From positions 24,304,001 to 24,368,000 of the forward strand of contig OX597815.1 of assembly GCA_951406725.2 (NCBI GenBank): 64,000 nt of DNA. The letters are read 5' to 3'. Source of the stretch: Octopus vulgaris (Eukaryota). The first letter of the stretch is position 1. The number at the start of each line of letters is the position of its first letter. Below, in pieces: positions 38,901 through 52,315 of this stretch. The position numbers were made by a program, and so were the translations under genes. The notes under the pieces are model-generated. The model did not search any database and was not told the DNA's origin. It saw only the letters and a program-made list of their open reading frames with translations.

Positions 38901-41607
38901 TAGTGGCATTTTGTCAGATGTGTTGTAAGATTCTTGTTTTGATGATGCAATTCTTGCATGTTTGTCACAAAAATTATTTGGTGTATCTTCTATAAGGAAA
39001 AAAAAAAATTCTTCCAAGGCTGTTGTAATTAGCTATTTAAAATGCTAACATAGCATTTTTTTTTTGTATTAATTAGCTATGTTGATGTTTTCTCATTAAG
39101 TGATAGAATTGTTTCTTTCTTCGAAGCATCAGTATCTATTTCTTTCTTTACCTATGAAAATTTGTAATCCTGGTTGAATGCTATCTTAAGTTTTCTTCAC
39201 TTGGATTATAAGGAAATCGTTTTATTACCAAAACATGTTTTTGGCTCGTAATAGTTCTTCATATGACAAATGAGTCATACTTTATTCAAATGTTCTTCAT
39301 AGTAATTCTAATATCTCTGTAAGATTTCATTTACATTATCTGTCTCTTTCGAGAAAGCTCTGTGAAACTTGTTCTTTGCTTACTATTTTGCACAGCTTCT
39401 TAACCTCTTGGCCTCTATTACTAGTGTATTCTACTTCAGGCTACATGCCGATAGTGCCAAGTGATGAGAATATTTACCGTCTTCAATACGAAATTGATGA
39501 TATGCATCATTATGATGGTTGGTGATATCACCAACCATTAAAGATCTAATAAGTTTACTTGACGGTCAACTGTCAAGTTTCCACTAGTCTATTTTCTCCT
39601 CTTCCCCTTCCCCACATTAATTTGTGATACCATTTGTAATTTGCTTCAGGTGCACACACAGTGGTTCCTCACTCATGATAATTTTTTACCATCTGCAAAT
39701 TTTTCCCATTTTTTTCATCGTCTGCTCTTCTCTCTAGCCATATTTTGCTGAGGGTTGTCAATATTCTGAGTTTCCTACTTTCATTTGTTAACTAACATAT
39801 TTTGGGCAGTGAAAACTATCTTGTTAGTATCTATCTATTCTATAGAAACCTGTTAATTTTCAATATGAGCATTCTACATATCTATTTTTTACTCGCATTT
39901 AAAACGTAAATTTTTTGTTCCTTTGTTAACCACAATAGTAAAAATGTTCATGTTCTAATTATTGTACTTTATTGTGGAAATGTTCCAGCCTTCATTTTAA
40001 TTAGGTTACTGTAGTTGGTTTGAATTGTTTCAGTTGAGGTTTTTCATTTTAAATACTGTTTTTATTGAGTTATTCCTGACTTAGGCATTGTCAGGAAACT
40101 GAACAAATAAATTTTTATCAAATTTTACTACTTGAGTTTTATTGATGATGGACTGTTTAGTGATGGACTTTTCAGTTTCATGTCTTTGGTGTATTGCATG
40201 CTTGACCAAAGTGCATTGCTCTAATTACTTGAGTCAACTTTGATGAAAAGTAGGTGCCAATTTCACTTTCTACTTCAACAGTTAACATTAGAAAAGTTAT
40301 CCTGTCACTTTTCCAATAAATTATGAAAGCTATGGTTTTTTTTTGGTTTTTTTTTATATGTTTTGCAATATTTCCATGGCAGCATAAGTGAAATGATTAT
40401 TACAATATTTGCATATTGTCAGATCACACAGTTTTAAAAGTGGGCATCACTTAAGCTGGTCGCAATAATGTAAACGAATGAAATCAGACTTTCAATAGTC
40501 CAGCTACTTTAATAAGCATTAAAAAAAAAAAAATTAAAATACTGTTTGCATTGACAATGGTGATTGAATCTTTATAGTCAGTGTTTTAGTATCATAGTGT
40601 TGGAATAAATCTTTTTCAGCTGAGGAAAGTGTGTTAAAAAAAACCCCACTTTATCATGAATTGTTCACCCTTAAGTTTTGAATGAACTTTGAGGTTAAGA
40701 ATTATAAACTTTCCTTGAATATCAGCCGAAATTTATTTTGTTTGATGTTTTTGGTAATGGTAGCAGTTAGTTTAAAACTTAATAATTAAGAAAATATTGA
40801 GCAAAATTCTTCAATTAGCAAGCAGCTGTCTCAGAATGTTTTATTGAAAATGAATATCAATCGTATCTCAGAGCTGAGGCTGTTAACAGGTGTGGCTGTG
40901 TGTACAAGAAGTTTACTTCTCAACCATGTGGTTGTGAGTTCAAACCCATTGTTTGGCACATTGCTCAAGTGTCATTTACCATAGTTTCAGTTTGACTATC
41001 TTATAAGTGGGATTTAGTAGATGTAAAATATGCTTGTGTGTGTATCACCCAGAAAGGATTAAAAAGTGATGTTCTGTGAACAAAATCCTTTGTAGTATTT
41101 GTTCTGTACTGAGTTACAGACACTCTTGTTACTCTAGCCATCAATGAACCAGTGATTAGCCTATTGGAAACCTGTAATCGGTTACGCTATTATTCACTGA
41201 CCAAAATATAAAACACCTGTTTTCAAACAATTCCTATTTTAAAATTCAAAATTTTTGAAGGCTATCTCATCTTTTTTTAGTTTGGAGATATAAAACCGTA
41301 GGCCTATGAATTAAATTTTTATTGCTCCATTCAAATATATTGTCTAAAATGAATTCTTCCAACATTTTTAAATAACCATATAGTTTTTGCTCTATTTTTA
41401 GTTTCATTTCACATCATATCTGTCAATATAGTCTGTTTAACTATGTCTTTTATTACATCTGCCTGTTTAAGATATATCTCTTTAACAGTAAATTTCAGTC
41501 TCATGAAGATCTTTCGATATTGGGTAGGGGAGCATCTAGTAAGTATTTGATATTCTTCAAAGTGTATCTTCATGATGTAATTGAAATGATTATATCACAC
41601 ATTTCAG

Positions 41608-41700
41608 GGTGAACTGGAAAACCAATTGTTACAGGCTAACCCTATCCTTGAAGCTTTTGGAAATGCCAAAACCATAAAGAATGATAACTCTTCTCGTTTT
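41608..41700 (+). CDS. MYH10: Myosin II exon, 93 nt: [31 protein letters not shown] (switch I)
   Basis: Acceptor atttcag, donor TTT|gtgagt; conserved myosin motif. Confidence 0.96.
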
Positions 41701-42241
41701 GTGAGTATTATTGCATGTTATTTCATTTTTGTTCAAATTTCTTTTATGGCTGTGTTAAGGAATTCGCTTCCCAACCATGTGATTCCAGGTTCAGTCCTGC
41801 AACATGGCACCTTGGGTAAGTGTCTCCTGTTATAGCTCTAGGCCAACAAAAATCTGAAAGAATTTAATAGGCAGTAACTAAGAGAAGCCAGTTGTGTGTG
41901 TGTACATCTTTTGTCCTGACATCCTGCGATGGTTGTAAAGTAGCAATCACTGTTTCACAAGTGATGTTTGTTTTTAGTCTTCTGCGAAAAGTGTGTCCAA
42001 TCATGGGGAAATACGATGTGGTTCGAAGATGGGTGAAGATTAGCGATAAGAGCATGCAGCTGTAAACCAAAAAATCTGCCTTAACAAAATATTTTGACCC
42101 ATGCAAGCTAGGAGCCTAGAAAAGTGAACTTTAAAATGATGGTGATGGTTTATGTTGAAATTTTAAAAAAATGTAACCCAGGGTCTAAAACTAGTTGTAA
42201 TGTTTGCTTACCTAATATAGCAGCATTGAAAGCTTGTGAAA

Positions 42242-42570
42242 GTGCATGACTCAGTGGTTAGAGCACCAGGCTCACAATCATGAGGTACTGAGTTTGATTC
42301 CTGGACTGGGCCATCTGTTGTGTTCTTGAGCAAGCCACTTTATTTCACGTTGCTCCAGTTCACTCAGCTGTAGAAATGAGTTGCGGCATCACTGGTGCCA
42401 AGCTGTATCGGCCTTTGACTTTCCTTTAGATAACATCAGTTGTGTGGAGAGGCGAGGCTGGTATGCATGGGCGACTGCTGGTCTTCCATAAATTACCTTG
42501 CCTCAGCAGGGGCGGGGGGGTGGTGCTTTCTAGGTGCAATCCCATGGTCATCCATGACTGAAGGGGTTTT
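42242..42570 (+). mobile_element. tRNA-derived SINE (separate family)
   Basis: Head TGACTCAGTGGTTAGAGC ... GAGTTTGATTCC followed by GTGTTCTTGAGCAAGCCACTTTA. Confidence 0.65.
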
Positions 42571-42910
42571 TTACCCTGAAGGCCTGTATCAGAAAATTTT
42601 TATTTAGCTTGTTTTGGATTATGTACACTAAGCAAGCAAGAAAGAATAGTCTCCATAGAAATTGTTTACAATGAAAACTTGTCATTTAGTGGCCTTGATG
42701 AATTTCTAATTTAGAAGTCCACTTGCAGCTCAACTGTTTCACTGTCTATACCATGCTCAGCATACTTATATGCCTACTATATAAGAGCATTTACTTTATA
42801 TTGACGAATTAATGAATAATTATTTGCATTGTAATTAGTATATGCAATTAAAATCGCTGGGTGTGGAGTTAAATCACTGCAACAAAATTTATGAGAGTCC
42901 AGATATTTAA

Positions 42911-43129
42911 CCATTTAGCATTTAAACCGGCCATATCCGGAAAAAAGTATTCTGCTTGTTTTATGTTCAAATTGGCCATATCTGGTCTCTTACACCAACC
43001 CTATAATATCATCTTAAAAATTAAGTTACCTCATCAAAATCTCATAACTACAAGATAATGCATGATTAGTTCAAAACAATGTGGATGTGAAAGCATTAAT
43101 TTTGGCAGAATAATGTGAACACTAAAGGG
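42911..43129. mobile_element. piggyBac-like TTAA MITE, copy 2
   Basis: TTAA|CCATTTAG ... CTAAAGGG|TTAA; body matches 35754-35974. Confidence 0.8.
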
Positions 43130-44019
43130 TTAAACACTTAGGAAAACTAAAGAAAGTTGAATTGGAAGCTTCAGAGCTTGGCTCAAGAAAACTATGCTAA
43201 ATGTTAAAATAAGTGGTATATGCATAAAACACTTCGATGGAGCAGCTGTGATATACACACTTCCAGTTATAGATTTATCTGCTACAACAGACTTACAAAA
43301 GCAGTGCAACATTAGGATGCATATTTGTAGTAGGTTGCAGCTGAAAAGGCTCTTTATGTTTACCAGTTATAAAAGTTATATTTTGCACATCTAATACTTG
43401 TGTTATAAGCTATAAAAAAATTACTTTCTGCAAAAAAAAAAAAAAAAGATAGACAGGTTTACTTTTTTGTTATTACTTTCCCAACCACATGGTATCATAT
43501 TTGGTGCCACTGCATGACACTTTGGGCCAGTGTCATCTATAGCCCCAGGATGACCTAAGTCTTGTGAGTAGATTTGGTCAACAGAAACTGAAAGAAGCCT
43601 GTTGTGTCTGTGTGTATATGTATGTTTTTTTGCATCTTCTTGTTTGGACATAGCGTGATAGTTGTAAAAAAAGTGTCACCGTCATATAAGCAGTGTCATT
43701 CTTTTACAATATTCTGTGAAAACATGTCTGGTGAAGAGGGAATATTACTTTGCTTGGAAACGGGTGAAGGTTGGTGATAGGAAGGGCATGGGGTAGGAGG
43801 AAACCTGTCTCAATAAACGCTGTGTGAGCCATGCAAGCATGGAAAAATGAATGCTAAGATGATGGTGATGAAAATGAGTATTAATGCTAATCACTTTAGT
43901 ATTAGTGATGTTTAAAAAACACTTTTCTGTACTGCTGATAGAAGTTTACTTCCATCCTTCTATTTGTTTTACAAGAAAATGTTAAATGTCCTTTTAACTG
44001 TTTGTATTTTGCATTTCAG

Positions 44020-44083
44020 GGAAAATTTATTCGAATCAATTTCGACATGTCTGGATATATCTGTGGTGCCAACATTGAAACTT
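44020..44083 (+). CDS. MYH10: Myosin II exon, 64 nt: GKFIRINFDMSGYICGANIET
   Basis: Acceptor gcatttcag; ends at U12-type donor T|gtatccttt. Confidence 0.95.
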
Positions 44084-45180
44084 GTATCCTTTGTGTATGC
44101 ATAATTTTAAGTAATAAATTATGTAGATATTATATGGTTTGTTCTGTTCAAAAAAAAAAAAAAAAAAAATGTTTAGATATTTCTGGTGAGAAACTTTAAG
44201 CATTTCAAAAAGTTTGCATCATTTATGAATGTTGTAACTTTTATATCAACTTAAAATGAGATTTTTTATTTTATAAGCTGTCAGTCAAAAGGGAAGGCAG
44301 TGCCCATGATACTTTGCTAGGCCTGAGGGAGGTATCATCAAACCGAAGACCTAATTCAGATGCTTGCAATTGAGCGCCCTCCCTCTCACAAAAGTCTTTG
44401 GAGCTGCTAGGTTGTGGTGTTATATCATTCGATGGATAAATCTCCCACCTATGTAGACTAGGGCAGGATTTCAACTTGGAATGCAAAGTGATGGAGACAT
44501 GCATTGCAATGTATCCAGTTCTTGAACATCTGCCCTGGATTGGCTCTTATTTTGATAACCTCTAGAGGATAAAAAGCAAAGTGACTTTGGGATTTGAACC
44601 TTGAGTGCGGAGAATCGGGACAAATGTTACAAAGCATTCTATCCAACACTTTAATGAATTCATTTATTGCCTTAAAATGATATCACAGAAAAAGAAGATA
44701 ATTAGGAAACTAGTAGCAGTCTGCATTACAAAAATTAGTGAAGTTCATAAATCTGTCTGTTGTGAAGGAATGAGGGGTTTCATTCTACATGTCAATATCC
44801 TTGTCTCTTCCACAGCACACTAACCTATCCAACTATATCACAGTTCATGTGTAGTTTTAAATTTTGTCAATAAGAAGGGGGAGTTCTTGTGGCAACTCAG
44901 TGTTGCAGTCATATTTTCTTCAAATTCTTTTTCGCTTGTTCAAAATGGGAGCTAGATGTTAGCATGCTTATAATGAAGACAAAATAGCCACCGGTAGAAT
45001 GCTAACATTTCTTCAATGGATGACCTTTATGTTATGATGTTTAATCTATTTTAGTTCTTATTGGATATGTGTTATATTATAAATACTTTCTTTAAATTTT
45101 CTCTAAAAATCTAATCCTACTATCACCCAGTTGCATTCAATAAATCCATTATGCAATGAATTTCCTTAATAACTGTATAG
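44084..45180 (+). other. U12-type (minor spliceosome) GT-AG intron
   Basis: 5' end GTATCCTTT; branch sequence TTTCCTTAAT at 45161-45170, 10 nt before the 3' end, with no pyrimidine tract. Confidence 0.9.
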
Positions 45181-45279
45181 ATCTTTTGGAAAAATCAAGA
45201 TCTGTCCGTCAAGCTGAAGGCGAACGTAGTTTCCACATCTTTTACCAATTCCTTTCTGGAGCTTCATCTGCTCAAAAAA
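45181..45279 (+). CDS. MYH10: Myosin II exon, 99 nt: (Y)[32 protein letters not shown]
   Basis: YLLEKSR and ERSFHIFYQ motifs; donor A|gtgatt is weak but phase-compatible with the next exon. Confidence 0.93.
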
Positions 45280-45511
45280 GTGATTTATATTTTTGATTAT
45301 AATTTTTTTCTACTCCTCAAGCAGCCACCCATATTTCAATTTGTTCGATTTTATTTTTGTTACAGAATTTGAATTGGCATAGTGGTGGGAATTCATATAT
45401 AATGCCTCATTTTATGCATAATATATATAGGAACTAGTCTTATAGTGTGGTTAGATACAAATTATTTGTTTTCCATCTGTACATTATGCTTGAAGTGTAC
45501 TTTGTTAAATA

Positions 45512-45706
45512 ATGGTTTCAAATTTTGACACAAGGCCAGCAATTTCAGGGGAGGGGTTAAGTCAAATACATTGACCCAGTGCTCAACTGGTACTTATTTT
45601 ATTGACCCTGAAAAGGGATGAAACACAAAGTCTACCCCCCAACGGCATTTGAACTCACAATGTAAGGACAGACAAAATGCCACTAAGCATTTTGCCCAGC
45701 ATGCCA
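45512..45706 (-). mobile_element. Family D SINE
   Basis: Same core as 28628-29055. Confidence 0.65.
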
Positions 45707-46806
45707 GATTACTTAGTTAAATAATGAGAGGTTGTTGAATGAAAATGTGTGGAAAAGAGGACTATCTGAATTAGACCAAAAATAGGGACCATCTGTGTGG
45801 TTAAAAGGACCATTAAGAATATGAAGGTAGGAAAAGCAGCTCAGCTATCAGAGATAATCTCTGTAATGCTGAAAATATTTGGTGGTGCAGTAGGATACAT
45901 AATAGCTAAATCAGATAGCATCATCTCTAAAGACTGATATAGCACCATTGTTGTCAATTGCTACAGTAGTAAAGATGTCCTAGAAAATAACTACTGAGTT
46001 ATTAGATTGATGGGGCCATGTTATAAAAGTTACTAAAAAAAAAATTACAGAACAGTTAATTAGAAAATAAATTAACTTGCATGAAAAGTTTTTTTAAGTT
46101 TGTTCCAAGAAAATATGCCACCAATACTCTTTTTTTATTGAGGTGACTACAAGAGAAGTTCTTAGCCTGTGTAAGTTACCATGTCTAGCATTTAAGGGCT
46201 ACTTGTTCTGTAGTTTTATGGTTGTAGATGAGTGACTTGTGTAAACCATGTACTGGAGTGCTATCAACAAAGTAAGAGCCTTTAGTGTACGAGTTAACCA
46301 TCAGAACTCTGTTCTTACTACTGATGTTTGTTATAGTTTTTTAAGCTGAAGAAGAAAAGTTTATAGTTGTTGACCAAGTAATGAATTAGAGGAAAATTTC
46401 CAAACATGGAAGCAGACCCTTCAACCAAGAGGCTTCAAGAGTAGAAGTCATATTTAGCAGGAAAAAATACAGAACTTCACTATCATCTGCTCAATATACA
46501 TTAGAGATGGTCGGAATTCTATAATGTGTATCCATTGGACAAAGAAGGGCCCAAATGGAAGGGACTTGTGGGGGAGAGAGATAGATAGAAAGAGGTTGTA
46601 AGGTTTGACACTTGGCTACAACAAGAGCTGTGTTGGAAAAGATTGATCTAACAAGTGTATAAATGATTTTTAAGCTGTGTATTTTTGCTTATGTATTAAT
46701 ACAGAAATGAAGCAAACTTTATAGCAATAATTTTCTTATGTAACCTTTTTGCAATAAATGTCTATAAATCAGAATGAATTTAGAGATTTAATTCAATGTT
46801 TTTCAG

Positions 46807-46950
46807 GTGACTTTCTCTTGGAAGATGCTAAATCATACCGCTACCTTTCCCATGGTTCCATGCCAGTCAACGGAGTAGATGATGTTGCTGAATTCAACCA
46901 AACATCAGAATCCATGCTTGTGATGGGTCTTTCACCTGATGATGTGAATG
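46807..46950 (+). CDS. MYH10: Myosin II exon, 144 nt: (S)DFLLEDAKSYRYLSHGSMPVNGVDDVAEFNQTSESMLVMGLSPDDVN
   Basis: Acceptor tttttcag, donor G|gtaatt; frame continuous. Confidence 0.94.
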
Positions 46951-47044
46951 GTAATTGTCGTTAATACTCATTCGGATATTAATGAATTCTTATTAAATTT
47001 TAATACCTAGCACCTAATTTTTTTTACCCATCTTTCTGTTGCAG

Positions 47045-47140
47045 GAATTTTCAGAGTAATTTCGGCAGTCCTTTTGTTTGGAAATCTTGTTTTCAAACAG
47101 GAGAGAAATTCGGATCAGGCCACACTTCCAGACAACACAG
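47045..47140 (+). CDS. MYH10: Myosin II exon, 96 nt: (G)[31 protein letters not shown]
   Basis: Acceptor ttctgttgcag after a 94-nt intron, donor G|gtactg. Confidence 0.95.
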
Positions 47141-47682
47141 GTACTGTTAAGCTTTTTGCAAAACATTCACTAAAAAAGTTCTTTTGAGAACATGTATGGA
47201 GTTATGTGTTTTATTTGTTCATTAAGGACTGTGTTATTAAATATGCTAATCTGAACAAATTACTTGCTGTAATAGTCCCATTTCCTTCAATATGAAGTGT
47301 TGACTGAATGTAATCAGTGAAAAATAGTTTTAGTGCTGCAGAGCTTATCCTTCAAGGAAAAGTATAGTATAAAGTTTCTGTGGTATCAGAGATATTTTAA
47401 TGTTGTAGAAGCATATGGAAATAATGTTCCATGATGTATTCAGTTGAGTGATTTTTCTGTTAAAATCTATGTTCATACCTAGGAAGCCGCCCCTGCCCCT
47501 TTGGTTTATATGGACAGTGATGTAGAAGATAAGCGTCGTTTTGAATGATTTCATTTCTTGACCCTCTGACATTTCTTTCCTGAAAGTTTTAAGTCTTTGA
47601 AATTACATCCAAGCAAGGTCCTGCATTTTCTTTTCCACTCTTAATTACCTTATTTAAATTTTTTGCCAAATGTGAGTGCCCA

Positions 47683-48110
47683 TCATCATCATCATCATCG
47701 TTTAACGTCCGTTCTTCATGCTAGCCTGGGTTGGACGGTTCGACCGGGGATCTGGGAAGCCAGAAGGCTGCACCAGGCTCCGGTCTTATCTGGCAATGTT
47801 TCTACAGCTGGATGCCCTTCCTAACGCCAACCACTCCGTGAGTGTAGTGGGTGCTTTTTATGTGCCACCGGCACAGGTGCCAGACGAGGCTGGCATCGGC
47901 CACGGTCGGATTGGTGCATTTTACGTGCCACCTGCACGGAAGCCAGTCGAGGCGGCACTGGCTTCGGCCACGATTCGGATGGTGCTTTTTACGTGCCACC
48001 AACACGGAAGCCAGTCGAGGCGGCGCTGGCATCGGCCACGATTCGGATAGTGCTTTTTACGTATCTCCAGTCCAGGGGTCCTGGCATCTGCCAGGTGCCA
48101 GTCATAGGAT
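47683..48110 (-). mobile_element. SINE family C with internal GC-rich tandem repeats
   Basis: (CAT)n tail then CGTTTAACGTCCG; GGTGCTTTTTACGTGCCACC-type units recur 3-4 times. Confidence 0.8.
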
Positions 48111-49177
48111 TGGTTCAATTTCGATTCCGATTGGATAACCATGCATGTGATTTCTGATGGATTTAGGGATAAGACGTTTAACTCTTAAAGGCCAAGGTCA
48201 ACTATTTCTAAATACCAATCTAAAAGTGTTTTCTTTGCTCACAGTGCCAGGTTCAAAACTATGTTTAGAATAAAAGCAGCATCTTTTTCAGAAGAAGGAC
48301 AGTTGGGCTTTGATCCAGCAACTCCTTATTACTTGTAATAATTTATGTGTTTTTTGTTTTTGAAGTCATGCTGGTAGGAGACTGAAACAAACCGAGAGGG
48401 AGTGAGTGGCAGTTAAAGATGTTAAAAAAAAGAGAAAGAAATCTAATTGCAAACAAAATGCTTAACATTTTGATGGTAAATTATAGAAATTCTCTCACAC
48501 ACACACAGACATTGGATGTGCCATTAATAAGTGTTGTCATTTTGACAGCATGAATAATGTTGCAGAAATCCTTGATGTAAATTGTCTAAGCTGTTTGCAC
48601 CGCCACAAGATAGCTTCATGAGTGGAATGGAAAAAATTTACCCTATTTCTTTTGTAACACCTCACTCTAATGGCATTTCTCCAATTAGTTCTGCTAAGAA
48701 GAGACACTTAGCTCTTACTCTTACTTCATCATCATTATTTAACGTCTGTCTCCCATACTGGCATAGTTTGGACAGTTTGACAAGTACTGGCAGGACAGTG
48801 GACTGCATGGGCTTTATGGATGGATGTCTTCCCTAACACCAACCACTTTACAAAGTCGACTGGATGCTTTTTTACATGGCACATGCATGGAAGCTCCAGC
48901 TTTGCTAAATATAATTGAAGATCTAAGTGGCATTGTTATATCAGAGAAGCTTTCAGATTAGATGCACATCACTGTGTCAATATTAGGGATATTTTCAGGA
49001 AACAGCTAGTTTTGTTGAGATTAATAGCTTAATTCAGCATTTTATGTTTACCTTGATAAATCCTTTTTCTTTCAGAGGCCAAAGCCTTGTCTATTCACAT
49101 CTGATCTCTCTTTCTTTCTATCTCTCTCAAATGGATCATGTTAAGATAATTTTTTTTTTATTTCTATATTTTGACAG

Positions 49178-49296
49178 TTGCTCAGAAGATCTGTCACTTG
49201 CTAGGACTTCATGTTACTGCTGTGACCCAGGCTTTCCTTCGACCCAAACTGAAAGTTGGTCGGGATCATGTGAACAAAGCTCAGACTAAAGAACAG
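49178..49296 (+). CDS. MYH10: Myosin II exon, 119 nt: (V)[39 protein letters not shown]
   Basis: Acceptor attttgacag; ends at non-canonical donor CAG|gcaagt (phase 0). Confidence 0.93.
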
Positions 49297-49365
49297 GCAA
49301 GTTACTCATGTATTCATTTTTGTTGTTTCAATTACTTGACTGAATGGGATTAGGCGCAAACAATC

Positions 49366-49408
<43 letters not shown>

Positions 49409-50313
49409 GTATATTACCTTGCCTTGGGCCCTCAAGTCCTTGATGCAATTGTAGGGGTGCCGTCATGACGTATATCTCTTCAGCATTTTTAGACCTGGTG
49501 AAGTTAATTCCTCTTGCAATTTTGTCACAGCCAATTTTTTTCTGGAAGATAGAAAGACAGACATAGGACAAAGTGTGAGAGAAAGAGAAGAATTGACTCC
49601 AGTGCAGGATTGGTGCTTTATTTATTGACCTTGAAATGAAGGGCAGTGTTGACTGAAGAGCCAGAATGATTACCACGAAGTAATCTATCCAATGTTCTAA
49701 CAACCTTGCCAACCCTCCTCCCCTCACTTTCTGCATCAAGGATATGATTTTTGATTTACATCATTGAGAAGAGGAATCACTGGATCAGTCAAATTGAAGA
49801 ACAAAGCAATTATGTCAGTATGTAAAATGTTGGATAAAGAAAGAATAGTGCTTGGAGAACTAAAGAGAGCTCTAAGGAAAGGAGAATTGGCAGACATCAG
49901 TAATACAGATAACTGAAACTGTAATATTTGGCAACATGCCATCCTCAACAAATCAGGCTACCCAAAGACTCATGAGAATCAGTGGGCATGAGTAGACTGT
50001 GTGGCAGCATCGCTGGCTCATCTAGGCTCCTCTATATGTCTGGTTTGCAACAAGGCATGCAAGACCAATCCTGGTCTAAAATGATACCTCAAAGTTCATC
50101 AACAACAAGTGCCACAAACTAATGAAATTAATCTCGTGCAGACACACGATCACATGTTACTTATGTTTAATTCTATGTAAGTCATATCTGTGCATATTCT
50201 TAGTTGATCCTGTTTTTGCTGGTAAACCATATGAATATGTAACAAAATGTTGGTTTTTGGGTTTGAGCTGTGTATTTTATATATTAGAATATTTTCTTTT
50301 CTTTTCTTGATAG

Positions 50314-50466
50314 GTTGAATTTTCAGTTGAAGCAATCTCCAAAGCCTGTTATGAACGGATGTTCAAATGGCTTGTTACTCGCATAAACAAATCTTTGGAC
50401 CGGACTAAACGCCAAGGTGCCTCATTCATTGGTATTTTGGATATAGCTGGATTCGAGATTTTCAAG
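50314..50466 (+). CDS. MYH10: Myosin II exon, 153 nt: [51 protein letters not shown] (switch II)
   Basis: Acceptor cttttcttgatag, donor AAG|gtaaaa; DIAGFE motif. Confidence 0.96.
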
Positions 50467-51121
50467 GTAAAAGATTTGTTTTTTTTCCCCCCATTTATTT
50501 TTCTTGGGTTTCAAAGTTAAATGATCTTTATTTTTGTCTTCTTAAAACTTAGAAATCAACATTAAATTTTGTTTCCAAGTAATGCTAGTTGTATTACAGG
50601 ATATGAATTCATGTTTCATCTTTTTAAACACCTGCATAAAACCACCTCTCTCTCTCTACTAAAACCCCAATTAGTTGAGAGGTCTTTTTATTTGTCTTGA
50701 GATAGTTTGCAACCTCACTAGTTTCTGGTGTTATGAAAAAAGAAAGCACTTAATACACTCTATAAAGTGGTTGGTTTTAGGAAGAGTCTCCAGCCATAGG
50801 AATTGTGTCAAAATTGGAGCTCAATACAGCTCTTCAATTTGTTGGATCCTATCAAACTCATGTCAGCATGGAAGACAGACATTAACTGATGCTAATTATT
50901 TTCCCTAAATTCATGAGCAGGTGATGACTGAAATTTTGTATTTTGTTAGGGCAGGTATTTTGGATGCTTTCCTTACTGCTAACTACTCAAAACAATAAAA
51001 GCAGTTATTATCAACCAAACAGGTTCATGGGTTGTGATCCTTGGCTAACACTCCATACATAACTCAGTAGCAAAGGATCTATAGTTGCTGGATCTGTTCA
51101 GTGTAGCTGAAAAACCATATA

Positions 51122-52315
51122 TTAGGTTGTTTCACATGAAATGTCGCATTTTTAATTACTTGTTATTTCAGTTATTTAAAAACTCAATTATGTATACCTT
51201 ACATTTAATCTTGACTCTTCTTCTTTTGCAACAATATTGGTATACAAAATTCGTATCTATAGACTTTATGAAAATGATAACAACCAAACTATGTTGAGTG
51301 ATTTTCTTATATGAGTACAAACTGGGTCACTCTGGCACAGAAGTTCTATGGAATATCAAGTGGGCCTTTGGTAATGGTTTTGTTGACATCAGAACTGTTC
51401 AGAGATGGTTACAAAGCTCTCGTTCAAGATGATAGCCAAAGCTTTCATTCAGGAAAATAAACCAAGGGGTAGGCCAATGTCAGTTATTTGGCATGATGGA
51501 TTAAATGCTTTGGTTGAACAAAATCCAAGAACAACAGTTTGAAAACTTTCATCAGAACTCCAGACATCTCGCACAACTGTTTTTGGACACCTGTAAAAAA
51601 TTGGAAAAGTCAAGAAAACTGATAGGTTTGTTCCACATCAACTGAACGAAATTAAAAAAAAAAAAACAGACACCTTGAAGTGTGCTCCTTACTGCTTTCT
51701 CGACTGGAAAAAGACCATTTTTGCATCATACCATTACTTGTGATGAAAAATGGATACTGTTTGACAACAGCAGGAGAACAGGACAGTGATTAGATGCAGG
51801 AGAGTCAACCTAAACACTACCCAAATCCACCATTACACCCTAAAAAGTTAGTGGTCTCTGTATGATGGTCTGCGAAGGGAGTTGTTCGTTATTAATTTTT
51901 GAAACAAGGGAAAATGGTAGCAGCAACATTGTATTACCAGGAAATTGATTGTATGCATGAGAATTTGAAAAAGAAGTAACCCAGACTAGTGAATAGAGAT
52001 GGCCCAATTTTGCTCCACGTCAATATACGTCCTCACACTCCTCAAGCTACGGTCAAAAAGTTGCAAAGCCTGAATTAAGAGATTCTGCAACATCCTCCTT
52101 ATCCCCCCTGATATCTATCCTACTGATCATCTCTTATTTAAGCATTTTGAGCTTTTAATAAGCAATAAAACATTCTTAAATAAAGAAGAGGTAATTGAAG
52201 CATTCAGACAGTTTATCACAGGATCCTACTTTGATTAAATAAATCAGTTCTCTAACACTTCTGAAACATTTTATTGTTACCTTTCAAATGCGACATTTCA
52301 TCTGAGACAACCTAA
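51122..52315 (+). mobile_element. Mariner (Tc1/mariner) DNA transposon, near full length, inactivated transposase
   Basis: About 30-bp TIRs (TTAGGTTGTTTCACATGAAATGTCGCATTT / AAATGCGACATTTCATCTGAGACAACCTAA) with TA on both sides. Remnant motifs VPHQL, ITCDEKWILFDN, PILLHVNIRPH and HPPY..PD are broken by stops and frameshifts. Confidence 0.92.

Noticed and set aside
45720-46560. Possible decayed RTE-like RT region (similar hint at 49770-50150)
   Set aside because: Only faint motif remnants are visible; too degraded to give boundaries or a family by eye.
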